Source: Bryobacterales bacterium (lineage in GTDB: Bacteria > Acidobacteriota > Terriglobia > Bryobacterales > UBA6623). From it: a DNA stretch of 64,000 bases. The notes below the pieces were generated by a model. The model saw only the letters and a list, made by a program, of their open reading frames with translations. It searched no databases and was not told the DNA's origin. The stretch lies in the NCBI GenBank assembly GCA_963422305.1, contig OY729422.1, forward strand, positions 4,267,985-4,331,984, in the 5' to 3' direction. Of this stretch, positions 10,900 to 21,652 are shown one piece after another (position 1 is the stretch's first letter; every line of letters starts with the position of its first letter). Position numbers and translations under genes: made by a program.

Positions 10900-12987
10900 G
10901 GCGCGGCCGATCTCTCGGGGCTGCGGGATCCGGGAACCGGCAACTCGATCCCGATCTTCGATCCGGACTTCTACGCGGAGAACTTCTCGGCCCAACAATT
11001 TCCCAACAACGCGATTCCAACCTCCCGCGTGAGCGTCGCAGGGCGGGCCGTTTACGACAATTTCTTTCCCGCACCGAACACAACCGGGACATTCAACGGT
11101 TGGTTCAGTAATTTCGTCGTCAATCAGCCGTTCAGGTTCGATTCCGACACATTCGATACGCGCTTCGACCATTCCCTCTCGGACAACGATCAACTATCCG
11201 TTGTGTACCACCTGCGAAAATTCGACTCGCTCCAAGGCGACCGCTTTACGGGAGCGATCCCGGTAGAAGGCGGCGACGATGCGGATTCGGGTGACCGGAT
11301 CGACACGACGAACCAGTCGGCAGCGGCCACGTATTCCCATATCGTGTCGCCGACCAGCTTGAACGAGTTGCGCGTGGCCTATTCACGGTTTTCATTGCTG
11401 CAAACGAGTCTTCTCCACGGCCGCAACCTTGCCGATGAATTCGGCTTGGCCAATGTCAATATCCCCGGATTCGAGCAAACGAGCGGATTTCCCTACATCT
11501 TCCTGGGATTCGGCGCGCAGACGGGCGGTTCGACGTTCAAGCCTCTTGAATTCGTCGATAATAACGTGCAAGTCACAAACAACTTTTCGTTGCGGCGCGG
11601 GAACCACGACATGAAGCTCGGCGCCGATCTGCGGAGACTCGCCTCGGCGCCCGCCTTTTCGGTGTTCCCCACGGGCTTCATGTTCTTTGCTGGCTACGGT
11701 TCAAGCCTGACAGTCGATCCGAACTACTCTTTTTTCGACGGCAGCGCCTTTTATCAGAACGGCGGCAACGAAGTAGCCGATCTGTTTCTCGGTCTGCCGC
11801 TGACCGTGACCGCCGGACTTCAGTTGACCCAGCCTAAAGTCCGTACCCGCGAAGCGCACTTCTATTGGCAGGATGCGTGGCAGCTTACGCCGTGGTTGAC
11901 TTTGACTTACGGCGTGCGTTACGAATTTCAGGCGCCTTACAGCGAAAAAGACCGACAAGCGGCGAATTTCGACTTGGCTGCGCTCAAGCTCCTGCTCGCC
12001 GGGCGCGGCGGCAATCGGAGATCCTTGCTCGAATCGGATCGAAACAATTTCACGCCGCGCCTGGGATTCGCCTACCGGATCACTAACAAAACGGTGGCGC
12101 TCGGCAGCTACGAAGTGTTTTATTCGCCGGAAAACAGCGCCCGCAACGAGCTGTTGACGAAGAACTATCCGTTCGCGACACAGCAGGACTTCTTTAACGA
12201 CATTTTTGGACTTTACAACGGCGGCTCAAAACATATGTGCTGGACACGGGAGCTCCCCGCGACACAGCGGTTTCGATTCCTAACGGCGCCGCGGCCATTG
12301 ATCCGTCCGGGATCGTCAACGGCAAGAACCTGACCGTGATTGCAGTTGCCCCGAACTTCCGTACCGGCTATTCCCAAATGTTCAACTTCACCTTGCAGTG
12401 CCGGATGACGCCGTCGATGAGCGTCGAGGCGGGTTACGTCGGCTCGCTTGCCCGTAAGTTGTCCTACGGAATTGGCGACGTCAATAGAAATGAGCGCCTG
12501 ACCGCTCAGGTCGGCAAGATACAAGCTCAATTTCCGATCGGGCTGAGCAACTATCACTCGCTCCAGGTGAAAGCCGAACGGCGTTTCTCAAAGGGTTTGA
12601 GCTCACTGTTTGCGTACACGTTCGGCAAATCGATCGATAACGGGCCGGCGCCGTTCAACCTGAACCGTAACAGCCAACAGCCGCAGGATCCGTTCAATCT
12701 CCGCTCGGAGCGGGCGGTTTCGGTGAACGACATCCGTCACAACGTCGTCTGGAGCGCCGTCTATGAGCTTCCTTTCGGCCGCGGACGGGCAACTCCTGAC
12801 GAGGATGAGTCCATTGGCAGAGGCGCTGCTGGGCGGCCGGCAGGTCAACGGCATTCTATCGTTCCGCTCGGGCCTGCCGGTGAACGTGATTCACAACGGA
12901 CAGCGGCGCGGTTTCGAAGGACTGCGTCCCAACATCATCGACGATCCCGGCCTGTCGGGCTCCGAGCAGACTTTCACGCAACGCTGA
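10900..12987 (+). pseudogene. Oar-like TonB-dependent receptor, truncated at both ends and frameshifted
   Basis: Barrel motifs (FYWQDAWQLTPWLTLTYGVRYE, DRNNFTPRLGFAY, SNYHSLQVKAERRFSKGL, YELPFGRGR) split over three frames (11029-12333, 12237-13028, 12763-12987). Shifts near 12230 and 12790; no signal peptide, plug or final strands. Confidence 0.88.
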
Positions 12988-13037
12988 TGCCCCGATATGG
13001 AACAGGGGCGTCAAGCCGCGCTTCGTGAACCGTCGGT

Positions 13038-13958
13038 TCAATCGCCGGGAACATCTTGCCGGTGCCGGCGCGCGACCCTCGCCGCCTCCAGCTGATAGGC
13101 GGGTCCCAATGCCAATGCCGCGGAGGGGAGGAACCACACGTACCAACCGACGGCGTCGAACGGCGGTTATAGATACCCCTGGGCTGCCGCCCAAATACCC
13201 ATGTCGCCGAGCGATGTCAGGAAGATGGCGGCGCAGAAAGCTCCCCAGCAGTGCGCGACCAAGCCGCCGCCGCTTGCGGCGACGGAGCGGCGAAGGAGAA
13301 CGGCTTCCAACAACAGAATCGAGAGCAACGGATCGCTGCTCCACCCCACGACGCGGTACGCGGAGGCAGTCGACCCGATCAACCCCAGAACTTCGTAAAT
13401 GTGCCTGGCGGTATAGGCGAAGACAACCGCGAGCAAAACCCAATCGAGGAGGCCGAACGCCTGTCGGCGCAAGCCGATGCGCTTGTACACCCTGAGCACG
13501 ATGAGCAAGCCGCAGGCCAGAACGATCATATGCACAGGCCCTCCCAACATCGTTCCCCATTGCGCGGCCCGCGTGGAGAGCGCCGTGCCGCCGGTGACTT
13601 ATAGCATCGGATTCAGTCCGGATTCCGACGCAAGGATGTGAGAGAATACACCGCCCACGAACCGCAGTCCTGCCGACACCGTGATCAACAACCAAGCCGG
13701 TTCCAACGCCTCGCCCACATCGAATAACCGCCAAACGCGAAAGCAAAGAGCCAAACCGATCGCTTCGACACCCGAAAAAAACAAGATGCCCGGATAGTCG
13801 AAGTAGATATCCAGCCATTGCATCTGTCCGGACTCGCGCCACGCGATGAAAGACGCCGTCCCCAGGGCAAGCTGCGATGCAAGAAGCCACAGTATCCCGG
13901 CGGGCGATGTCGCAAACCGCAGCAGACCGCCTGCGGACAAGCCGCACGAGAGGGTCAT
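13038..13958 (-). pseudogene. Multi-pass membrane protein (about 306 codons) with two in-frame TAA stops
   Basis: ORFs 13599-13958 and 13167-13550 plus the tail PPFDAVGWYVWFLPSAALALGPAYQ are all in one frame, broken by TAA at 13599-13601 and 13167-13169; about 7-8 hydrophobic segments. Confidence 0.75.
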
Positions 13959-14458
13959 CTGCCCTCCAATGCCGGCAAGTCGGGCTGCTCGAGGCGCAGC
14001 ACCGTGACCGCGACGGCGTCCGAGACTCTGCGTCCCAGCAGAGCCCGCAAGCTCGGCTCGACCGCCGCGAGAATTTCTTCATGGCCGTTCTTCCCGATTG
14101 CGGCATTCTCGACATGCGCTCCGACTGCCTTCTCTCCAAGATAAGTTTCGAGCTCGCGAACCACCTGCGCCGCAGCCCGCGGTGAAAGCGGCGGCTTGCT
14201 CTCGATAGCCTCCATCCTGTTCATCAGCGCATCGAACCCCGCTCGAAGCTCCTGCTCGGAGGCGGCTCTCGGCGACGAGCGCGCAAAGAGCCGGTCGGCT
14301 TCATCGAATTCCTTCAACCGGCGCCGGCATTGCGCGCAATCCGACAAATGTCTTTCGACTCGCCGCAGGAGATGGCTGCAAAGCTCGCGGTTGCGGTAGC
14401 GGACCAACATGGGCGGCGATACGTGCGGAAAGCTCATGAATAGTCGAAACAACTCCAT
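13955..14458 (-). CDS. Putative zinc-binding anti-sigma factor (zf-HC2/ZAS), soluble
   Basis: HxxxCxxC motif (HLSDCAQC) directly downstream of an ECF sigma; no TM segment. Confidence 0.75.
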   Translation of the reverse strand: MELFRLFMSFPHVSPPMLVRYRNRELCSHLLRRVERHLSDCAQCRRRLKEFDEADRLFARSSPRAASEQELRAGFDALMNRMEAIESKPPLSPRAAAQVVRELETYLGEKAVGAHVENAAIGKNGHEEILAAVEPSLRALLGRRVSDAVAVTVLRLEQPDLPALEGR

Positions 14459-14461
14459 TGG

Positions 14462-15025
14462 TCACTCCTTTCGATCCCGGATGTTGCGGACCGTGTTGAG
14501 CGCACACGCCAGCAATACACTGACCGCGCCGGTGCGAATCCCCAGAATCTCCGCAATCTGCCGATGACGCAGTCCTTCCATGCGCAGCCGCAGGCACTCG
14601 CACTCGCGAAAGGTCAGCGCAGCAGCGATCGCGTTCCGGGTTTCGACTGCCTGCCGTTCCATCTCCGCGTTCTGCTGTAGGTCGACGGAATCCCGCGCTT
14701 CATCAAAGGCGACAGGCCGGCGCGAAGCCAGCCGTTTCAGACAATCGTACACATAATTGCGCGCTGCGCGGAACAGCCAAGCCCGCGGATCACGGATAGC
14801 GGCGCCGTGTCTCCGTGTGGCGAAATAGCGCAGGAACGCCTCCTGCACCGCTTCCTCGACCATGCCCGCATCGCACGTCAGGGATGCGGCGAAGCGCTGC
14901 AGCCCCGCGGCGCACCCCCGATACAGCGCCGCGGTCTCCCCGTGTATCTCCTGCAGCGCTTGTTCATCGGTCGGTCAATCCGTTTGCACGCGACATAGCG
15001 GCCGCCAAGGCCTCGCGCCGACCAT
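14462..15025 (-). pseudogene. ECF RNA polymerase sigma factor, probable premature TGA near the N-terminus
   Basis: Region 2 (EEAVQEAFLRYF, RAWLFRAARN) and region 4 (LRMEGLRHRQIAEILGIRTGAVSVLL). The frame extends upstream through ALYRGCAAGLQRFAASL to a TGA at 14975-14977, with an in-frame ATG at 15025. Confidence 0.75.
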
Positions 15026-15445
15026 TGTCACACCGCCGCGCGCCGCCGGTCTGTCCGCCGCCCCTGCCACGGCCCATAAGGAGAAGACGACACAAACAGG
15101 GAAATTCTGTACGCGGCTCGTCGGCAAGATATTCTCACATGGCTTCAACGCCAAGGGACGCGGCCCGGCCGACCGGCGATTGCTCAGAGACCGCCAAATC
15201 AAGTACCGCGACCATGGGGAAGACATCTGATCCGGGTCAAGGACTGGGCTGTCGAGATTCTATTCTTGGCCTCAGAAGTTCTGACTTCTAAAGACCCTGA
15301 TCTCTTCCGCAGTCACTTTGCCGTTTTGTTCGTGTCCATCCGCATCCTGTTGGCGTTCCCGGCACGGGCTTGACCGGCCGCGCGTAGTGGTAATTCTTGC
15401 CGCCCGCGCTGCGCATCAGCAGCGGAACAACATCGTAGAGGATTC

Positions 15446-15874
15446 TTAACTCCGGCGCTCCGCGGCCTGTGCCTCACCGGATCTATCGGCTCTATCGGAC
15501 GTGGCCAACTCTGCTTCGAGACGCTGTATCTCGGCTGCCTGCCGTTCGACGGTCCATTCCAGTATTCCGAGCTTCTGGCTGACCACGACGCTATTGTCCT
15601 TTAACATCGAGACTTGCACCGTAACGCTGAAAAACTTAAACATAAGCAGCACCCCGGCAAGTAGAAGCAGCAAAACCGCGGCATCGCGGACTTGCAGCAA
15701 GTCCGCGATCCGGTTCATCGCGAAATCGGAAAGGGAAACCCCCAGCAACAAGCATATTGCTCCCATGCAGGTCATCGAATACTCGACGCGAATATGCTCC
15801 CGGCGCAGCGCGAGAACGACTTTCAGCAGCAGCAGAACACAGAGCGCCGCGGTTGCGATTCGGACAGGCTCCAT
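15446..15874 (-). CDS. DUF2304-family membrane protein
   Basis: Small 3-TM protein (LRREHIRVEYS) with coiled tail, directly after a DPM1-like GT2, the usual DUF2304 context. Confidence 0.75.
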   Translation of the reverse strand: MEPVRIATAALCVLLLLKVVLALRREHIRVEYSMTCMGAICLLLGVSLSDFAMNRIADLLQVRDAAVLLLLLAGVLLMFKFFSVTVQVSMLKDNSVVVSQKLGILEWTVERQAAEIQRLEAELATSDRADRSGEAQAAERRS

Positions 15875-15875
15875 G

Positions 15876-16616
15876 TCAGTCCCTGCTCCATCGCCACTGG
15901 TGGAAGCGGCGCTCGTACTTGATAACGTTCACGAAAACACCGGAAAAAACTTGCACCATGTAGCGCAGAGACGTCCACCTGCCGAGAGTCGAACGGCCGG
16001 CTTGCCGCTGCTGCATCTTGACCGCTATCTCGCAAAACCGCAGAGACTTGCGCATCAAAACCACGATCGCTTCGATCTCCGGATATTCAAGCGGATAACT
16101 GTGGCTGAAAATTTCAAGCGTCCGCCGGTTCACGGCAATGAATCCGGATGTTGGATCGCTCAATCGCAGCCCCAGAATCGGCCTCAGCATCCAAGCGAAA
16201 AACAGCCCCCCTACCCGTCGCAGAAACCGACTCGGATATCCGTTCTTTTCGAGAAACCGCGAGCCGGTGACCATATCGTAGTCGCCTTCCGACATTTTCT
16301 CAAGCATCTTGGGTATTTCGACAGGAAGATGCTGGCCATCGGCATCGACCCGCACGACCCGCTCGAAGCCGTGCTCGAATGCAAATCGATAGCCGGTCTG
16401 AACCGCGCCTCCGAGCCCCAAATGATAGGGCAATCGCAAGATCTCGACGCCGCAATCGAACGCCACTTGCGCCGTCGCGTCGGTCGAACCGTCATCGATG
16501 ACGACGACCGGAACATGCGTATAAACCTCGCGGATGGATTGCAATGTTGTCCCCAGCGCATCCTGCTCGTTGTAAGCCGGAACGACAATCAACAGTGACT
16601 TGTCTGTGCCGAGCAT
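15876..16616 (-). CDS. Glycosyltransferase family 2 (DPM1-like)
   Basis: VVPAYNEQ, IDDGSTD, DADGQH, DPTSGF. Confidence 0.92.
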   Translation of the reverse strand: MLGTDKSLLIVVPAYNEQDALGTTLQSIREVYTHVPVVVIDDGSTDATAQVAFDCGVEILRLPYHLGLGGAVQTGYRFAFEHGFERVVRVDADGQHLPVEIPKMLEKMSEGDYDMVTGSRFLEKNGYPSRFLRRVGGLFFAWMLRPILGLRLSDPTSGFIAVNRRTLEIFSHSYPLEYPEIEAIVVLMRKSLRFCEIAVKMQQRQAGRSTLGRWTSLRYMVQVFSGVFVNVIKYERRFHQWRWSRD

Positions 16617-16633
16617 GAGACGCGATTGATAGA

Positions 16634-17647
16634 CTACTGAGCCGCGATTTTCCAAGCCGAAACTGAATGCCTCCTTATTAAACGGAGAAAACTACAAGCT
16701 CTTAGTGTAGTCCATGAGCGCAGCGACCGGCGGGCGCGCCACAACCGAGGAAAGGCAAGGGCAGCCTGCCAGTGCGCGGAGAAGACGATCCGGGCCAGAA
16801 CGGCAAATCCTTGTTCGTGTCGAATATCCGCAGTCAACCCCCGCCCGGAAAACGCGGCTGCGGCGTGAGCAAGATAGCGCCGGATCGAAAACAGAGGCAC
16901 CAGCGGCCAGATTGCCGGCGGGAAGGTCTTGATGACGGTATAGAGCCTGTTGCGTTCCACGTAGAACGCTTTCATCGGCGATGCCCGGCCGGCCGACCGC
17001 GAGTAGTCGTGTTCGACTACCGCCGAGGGAACGTAGCGGCAGCGCCACCCGGCCAGTCTTCCCCGCAATCCAAGGTCGCTGTCTTCGCAATACAAAAAAT
17101 ACGAGCGGTCGAACCCTCCCGTCTGTTCGATCATCTCCCGGCGGTATAGAGCCGCGCATCCGCTGGGCAGCAGCACTTCGGCAGGCTCGGCGTACGACTC
17201 GACAGGCTCTCCGTTGCCCCGCTGCTTCGTAGTGCCGTCAAGATAGATATCCAAGCCGGCGGAATCGAGAATCGAGGGGTCGTCCGCCAGACGAATCTGT
17301 GAGGCGCACATGCCTACCGTTGACGGATCGGCATCCGCCGCCGCCGCCAGTTCCTGCAGCCAGTCCGGCCGCGCATAGGCGTCGTCGTTGAGAGCGCAGA
17401 CATACTCCGACTGCGATTCGGCCAAGCCTTGATTGACTGCTTCTCCGAACCCGACGTTGCGCGGATTCTCGATCACGAGGATATCGGGCGGGGAGTGAAG
17501 ATGTTTCGCGGCGCCGCTCCCGCTGTTGTCGACGACCACCGTAAGAAAATCGCGGAACTTCTGCGCCCGCAGGCAGGCGACCGCGCGCTCCATGCTCGGC
17601 CCGCCTTTCAGCGTTGGGACGATGACTGTCACCCGCGGGCGGCGCAA
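16634..17647 (-). CDS. Glycosyltransferase family 2
   Basis: VVDNSG, NVGFGEAVNQG, LNDDA, GGFDRSYFLYCEDSDLG. Confidence 0.92.
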   Translation of the reverse strand: MRRPRVTVIVPTLKGGPSMERAVACLRAQKFRDFLTVVVDNSGSGAAKHLHSPPDILVIENPRNVGFGEAVNQGLAESQSEYVCALNDDAYARPDWLQELAAAADADPSTVGMCASQIRLADDPSILDSAGLDIYLDGTTKQRGNGEPVESYAEPAEVLLPSGCAALYRREMIEQTGGFDRSYFLYCEDSDLGLRGRLAGWRCRYVPSAVVEHDYSRSAGRASPMKAFYVERNRLYTVIKTFPPAIWPLVPLFSIRRYLAHAAAAFSGRGLTADIRHEQGFAVLARIVFSAHWQAALAFPRLWRARRSLRSWTTLRACSFLRLIRRHSVSAWKIAAQ

Positions 17648-17695
17648 GCTGGGATTTTATCATTCGCCGTGCCGCGCAGCCTTTGCCACGGACTG

Positions 17696-18322
<627 letters not shown>

Positions 18323-18373
18323 GCTATATTATGTTTTCCTGTCTTCGTCGAACAAGCGGTTTCTGGAAATTTC

Positions 18374-19153
18374 TTGCAGTTCCGCGGAAAAACGATTCTG
18401 ATTACAGGCGCCTCATCGGGCATCGGCCGCGCCTGCGCCGTGCGGTTCTCTAAAGAAGGGGCGCGGCTGATCCTCACCTCACGCCGCCGGGACGCGATCG
18501 AGTCCGTCGCGGCGCAGGCCGGCGACGCCGCTGTTATTCCCGCCGACTTGATGGACACGGATTCGGTCACGTCGCTCTGCGATCGGATCTGCGCAAGCTT
18601 CCCCCGCGTGGACGGCATCGTTCACAGCGCCGGGGTCGGGCTGTACGCGCCGTCCTTCGAATCGGATCCCGACAAGGCGCGCCGCCTGATGGAGCTCAAT
18701 TTTCTGGCGCCCGTGGAGATCACGCGGCGGCTCCTGCCGAAGGTTCCCGACGGCGGCGCCGTGGTGACAATCAGCTCAGTCGCCGGCAAAATCCCGCTCC
18801 CTTGGTTGAATTTGTACTCTGCGTCGAAATACGCTCTCAACGCATTTTCCGACGGTTTGCGCATCGAACTCGCTGAGCGGCGCATCCAGGTGCTCAATGT
18901 CTGCCCGTGCTATGTGCAAACACCTTTTCAGAAGAACGTCTTACAGGGGCGCGTTCCTGAAAACCTGGCCGGCAACAGGAAGTTCAAAGTCACTGCCGAG
19001 GAATGCGCGGAAGCGGTCGTCAACGGGCTGCGCAACGTTAAGCGGACCATAGTAGTCCCAAGAATCGGCTGGCTGCTCGTTGCGGCTGCACGGCTGTTCC
19101 CGGCAACCGTCCACGGACGCATGGCCAAATACAAACCCCGGCGCTTGGATTGA
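18374..19153 (+). CDS. Short-chain dehydrogenase/reductase
   Basis: TGASSGIG, YSASK catalytic motif. Confidence 0.92.
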   Translation: MQFRGKTILITGASSGIGRACAVRFSKEGARLILTSRRRDAIESVAAQAGDAAVIPADLMDTDSVTSLCDRICASFPRVDGIVHSAGVGLYAPSFESDPDKARRLMELNFLAPVEITRRLLPKVPDGGAVVTISSVAGKIPLPWLNLYSASKYALNAFSDGLRIELAERRIQVLNVCPCYVQTPFQKNVLQGRVPENLAGNRKFKVTAEECAEAVVNGLRNVKRTIVVPRIGWLLVAAARLFPATVHGRMAKYKPRRLD

Positions 19154-19199
19154 GTCATCATAGAAATTCGCAGATTCCTCCGGGCATTCACGGCAAGCG

Positions 19200-19724
19200 A
19201 TGCATATCAAACTGAAAGTCTCGCCAGGAATCTTCATCGTCGGATTCATGGGTTGCGGTAAATCAACGGCCGGCAGGGCGCTCAGTCGGGGCACAGGCTG
19301 GGAATTCGTCGATCTCGATGACGAAATCGAACGCCGCGCCGGCAGGTCGATCCCGGCCATTTTCGACGAAGAAGGCGAGGATGGATTCCGCGACCGCGAA
19401 CACGCAGCCGTCAAGCAGCAGGCAGACCTCGCCCGCCACGGGCGGCCGCGGGTCGTCGCCTTGGGCGGCGGAACATTCGCCTTCGACAGGAACCGTCGGG
19501 CGCTCGAAAACGCCGGTGTCTCGATTTGGCTCGATGCCGAGGCCGACACACTCTGGCGGAGGATTTCCGGTCAGGATCACCGTCCGCTGGCCCGCGACCG
19601 CAAAGCCTATACCGACTTGCTGCACTCCCGCCAATCGTCGTATCGCCGAGCGGATTTTCGCGTTGACGCCGGCGGCTCGCCCGCAGAGACCCTCGAACGC
19701 ATCGCCGCGCTCGAGCTGTTTTGA
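19200..19724 (+). CDS. aroK: Shikimate kinase
   Basis: GFMGCGKST P-loop, DLDDEIE, FRDRE, ALGGG, RPL. Confidence 0.93.
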   Translation: MHIKLKVSPGIFIVGFMGCGKSTAGRALSRGTGWEFVDLDDEIERRAGRSIPAIFDEEGEDGFRDREHAAVKQQADLARHGRPRVVALGGGTFAFDRNRRALENAGVSIWLDAEADTLWRRISGQDHRPLARDRKAYTDLLHSRQSSYRRADFRVDAGGSPAETLERIAALELF

Positions 19725-19736
19725 TCCGACGGCGCC

Positions 19737-20408
19737 ATGGCGGAAGCGATCATTCGAGCCGAGCGCCTGGAGAAAACTTTTTTCGCTGGCGGAAGCCGTC
19801 TGACTGTTTTCTCCGGAGTCGATTTCGAGGTGCGCGCCGGCGAGAGCGTTGCCTTGGTAGGCGAGTCCGGCGCCGGAAAATCGACGTTGCTGCACATCCT
19901 CGGGGCGCTCGACAATCCGACCGTAGGGGAAGTATTCTTCGAGGGAGCCGCGCTCTCCTCGCTGACTGAAGACGAACTGGCGGCGTATCGCAACAGCGGC
20001 GTAGGGTACGTCTGGCAAAACTACTGCCTGCTGCCCGAATTTACCGCTCAGGAGAACGTCGAGATGCCCCTCAGAATCCGGGGCGTTGAAGATTGTGCGC
20101 CGTCCGCGCGCCTCTGGATCGGACGGGTCGGCTTGGCCGCGCGCGCAACGAACCAACCCGGAGAGCTTTCCGGTGGCGAGCAGCAGCGTATCGCCATCGC
20201 TCGCGCCCTCGTCAGCGGCCCGCGCGTCCTGCTCGCCGACGAGCCTACCGGCAACCTCGACGCGCGCGCCGGTGCCGGAATCATGAAAATACTGCTGGAA
20301 CTTTCGCGCCGTGAAGGATTGGCCGCCGTTATCGCCACGCACAACCCCTCCTTCGCCGCCCGTTGTGACCGCGTGCTGCAGTTCGAAGGGGGAAAGCTCA
20401 AGGAATAA
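19737..20408 (+). CDS. lolD: ABC transporter ATP-binding protein, LolD-like
   Basis: GESGAGKST, LSGGEQQRIAIARAL, LADEPTGNLD, ATHN. Confidence 0.8.
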   Translation: MAEAIIRAERLEKTFFAGGSRLTVFSGVDFEVRAGESVALVGESGAGKSTLLHILGALDNPTVGEVFFEGAALSSLTEDELAAYRNSGVGYVWQNYCLLPEFTAQENVEMPLRIRGVEDCAPSARLWIGRVGLAARATNQPGELSGGEQQRIAIARALVSGPRVLLADEPTGNLDARAGAGIMKILLELSRREGLAAVIATHNPSFAARCDRVLQFEGGKLKE

Positions 20409-20447
20409 ACGCAACGCCGCGATATCCTTTCGTTTTTCCCGCACCCG

Positions 20448-21641
20448 GTGGAATTCGTTAAAATCCGGTCAACCCTGGAGGTGAAAGCCGTGAGATCTCT
20501 TCGACCGATCGCCGTCCTGCTCTGCCTGTCTGTATCGGCGGCCGCGCAGACGGTTTATTTTCCGGAACCGGGAAAGCGTTGGCGACGCCGCGCTCCCGCC
20601 GAAGTCGGCATGAACGCCGAGCGTCTCGACGAGGCCGTCGCATTCGCCAAGGCTAACGAATCCACAACCCCGCGCGATCTCGAAGAGCAGCACTATTATT
20701 CCTTCGCCAAGGAACCCTACGGCGAGCCTTTAGGTCCGTTCAAGACTCGGGGAGACATGACCGGAGTCATTGTCCGCCGCGGCTATCTCGTCGCCGAGTG
20801 GGGCGAGCCTCAGCGCGTCGATATGACCTTCAGCGTCACCAAGAGTTTCCTCTCCACTACCGTCGGACTCGCTCTCCATCACGGCCTGATCCGCGGCGTT
20901 CACGACTGGGTCGGACCCTACATGCCCACCGACCACTTCGATTCCGCGCACAACGCGAAGATCACCTGGGACCACCTGCTGCGCCAGACAAGCGACTGGC
21001 AGGGAACGCTCTGGGGCAAGCCCGACTGGTCCGACCGGCCCCCTCGCGAGGGCGGCCTGAAGAAGCACCGCGACCGCGTGCGGAACGAACCCGGCGCATC
21101 CTACAAGTACAACGATGTCCGCGTGAATCTGCTCGCGCTGGCGGCACTGCACGTCTGGCGGCGGCCGCTGCCTCAAGTGCTGAGGGAATACGTCATGGAC
21201 CCCATCGGCGCGTCGAACACGTGGCGTTGGTACGGCTACGAAAATTCGTGGGTGACGCTCGACGGTCTGCGCGTGCAGTCAGTCAGTGGCGGGGGGCATT
21301 GGGGCGGCGGCATGTGGCTCAGCGCCCGCGATCAGGCCCGCTTCGGCTACTTCACGCTCAGGCAGGGCGAATGGAACGGCAAGCAGCTATTGCCGTCCGA
21401 GTGGTTCGACATGGCAACCACGCCCACAAAAGCGCAACCGGGCTACGGTTTCATGAACTACTATCTGAACACCGGCCGCAAGTCGATGCCCAGCGCTCCC
21501 GAGAGTGCCTATTCGCACCGTGGCGCCGGCACGAACATGATCTATGTGGACCGTGAGAACGACCTCGTCGTCGTAGCCCGCTGGATCCAAGGCCGCGCCG
21601 GCGCCGGCTTGATCCGGCGCGTGCTGGCGGCGCTCGACTGA
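20448..21641 (+). CDS. Serine hydrolase (beta-lactamase/AmpC-like family), secreted
   Basis: SxxK (SVTKS), YND, signal-peptide-like N-terminus; true start may be the GTG near 20490. Confidence 0.88.
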   Translation: MEFVKIRSTLEVKAVRSLRPIAVLLCLSVSAAAQTVYFPEPGKRWRRRAPAEVGMNAERLDEAVAFAKANESTTPRDLEEQHYYSFAKEPYGEPLGPFKTRGDMTGVIVRRGYLVAEWGEPQRVDMTFSVTKSFLSTTVGLALHHGLIRGVHDWVGPYMPTDHFDSAHNAKITWDHLLRQTSDWQGTLWGKPDWSDRPPREGGLKKHRDRVRNEPGASYKYNDVRVNLLALAALHVWRRPLPQVLREYVMDPIGASNTWRWYGYENSWVTLDGLRVQSVSGGGHWGGGMWLSARDQARFGYFTLRQGEWNGKQLLPSEWFDMATTPTKAQPGYGFMNYYLNTGRKSMPSAPESAYSHRGAGTNMIYVDRENDLVVVARWIQGRAGAGLIRRVLAALD

Positions 21642-21652
21642 CCGGACGGGCC

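Noticed and set aside
10513-15025. Alternative genetic code or stop readthrough explaining the in-frame TGA/TAA codons
   Set aside because: Both TGA and TAA are involved, the same island has frameshifts and truncations, and normal genes and the prfB site use TGA as stop
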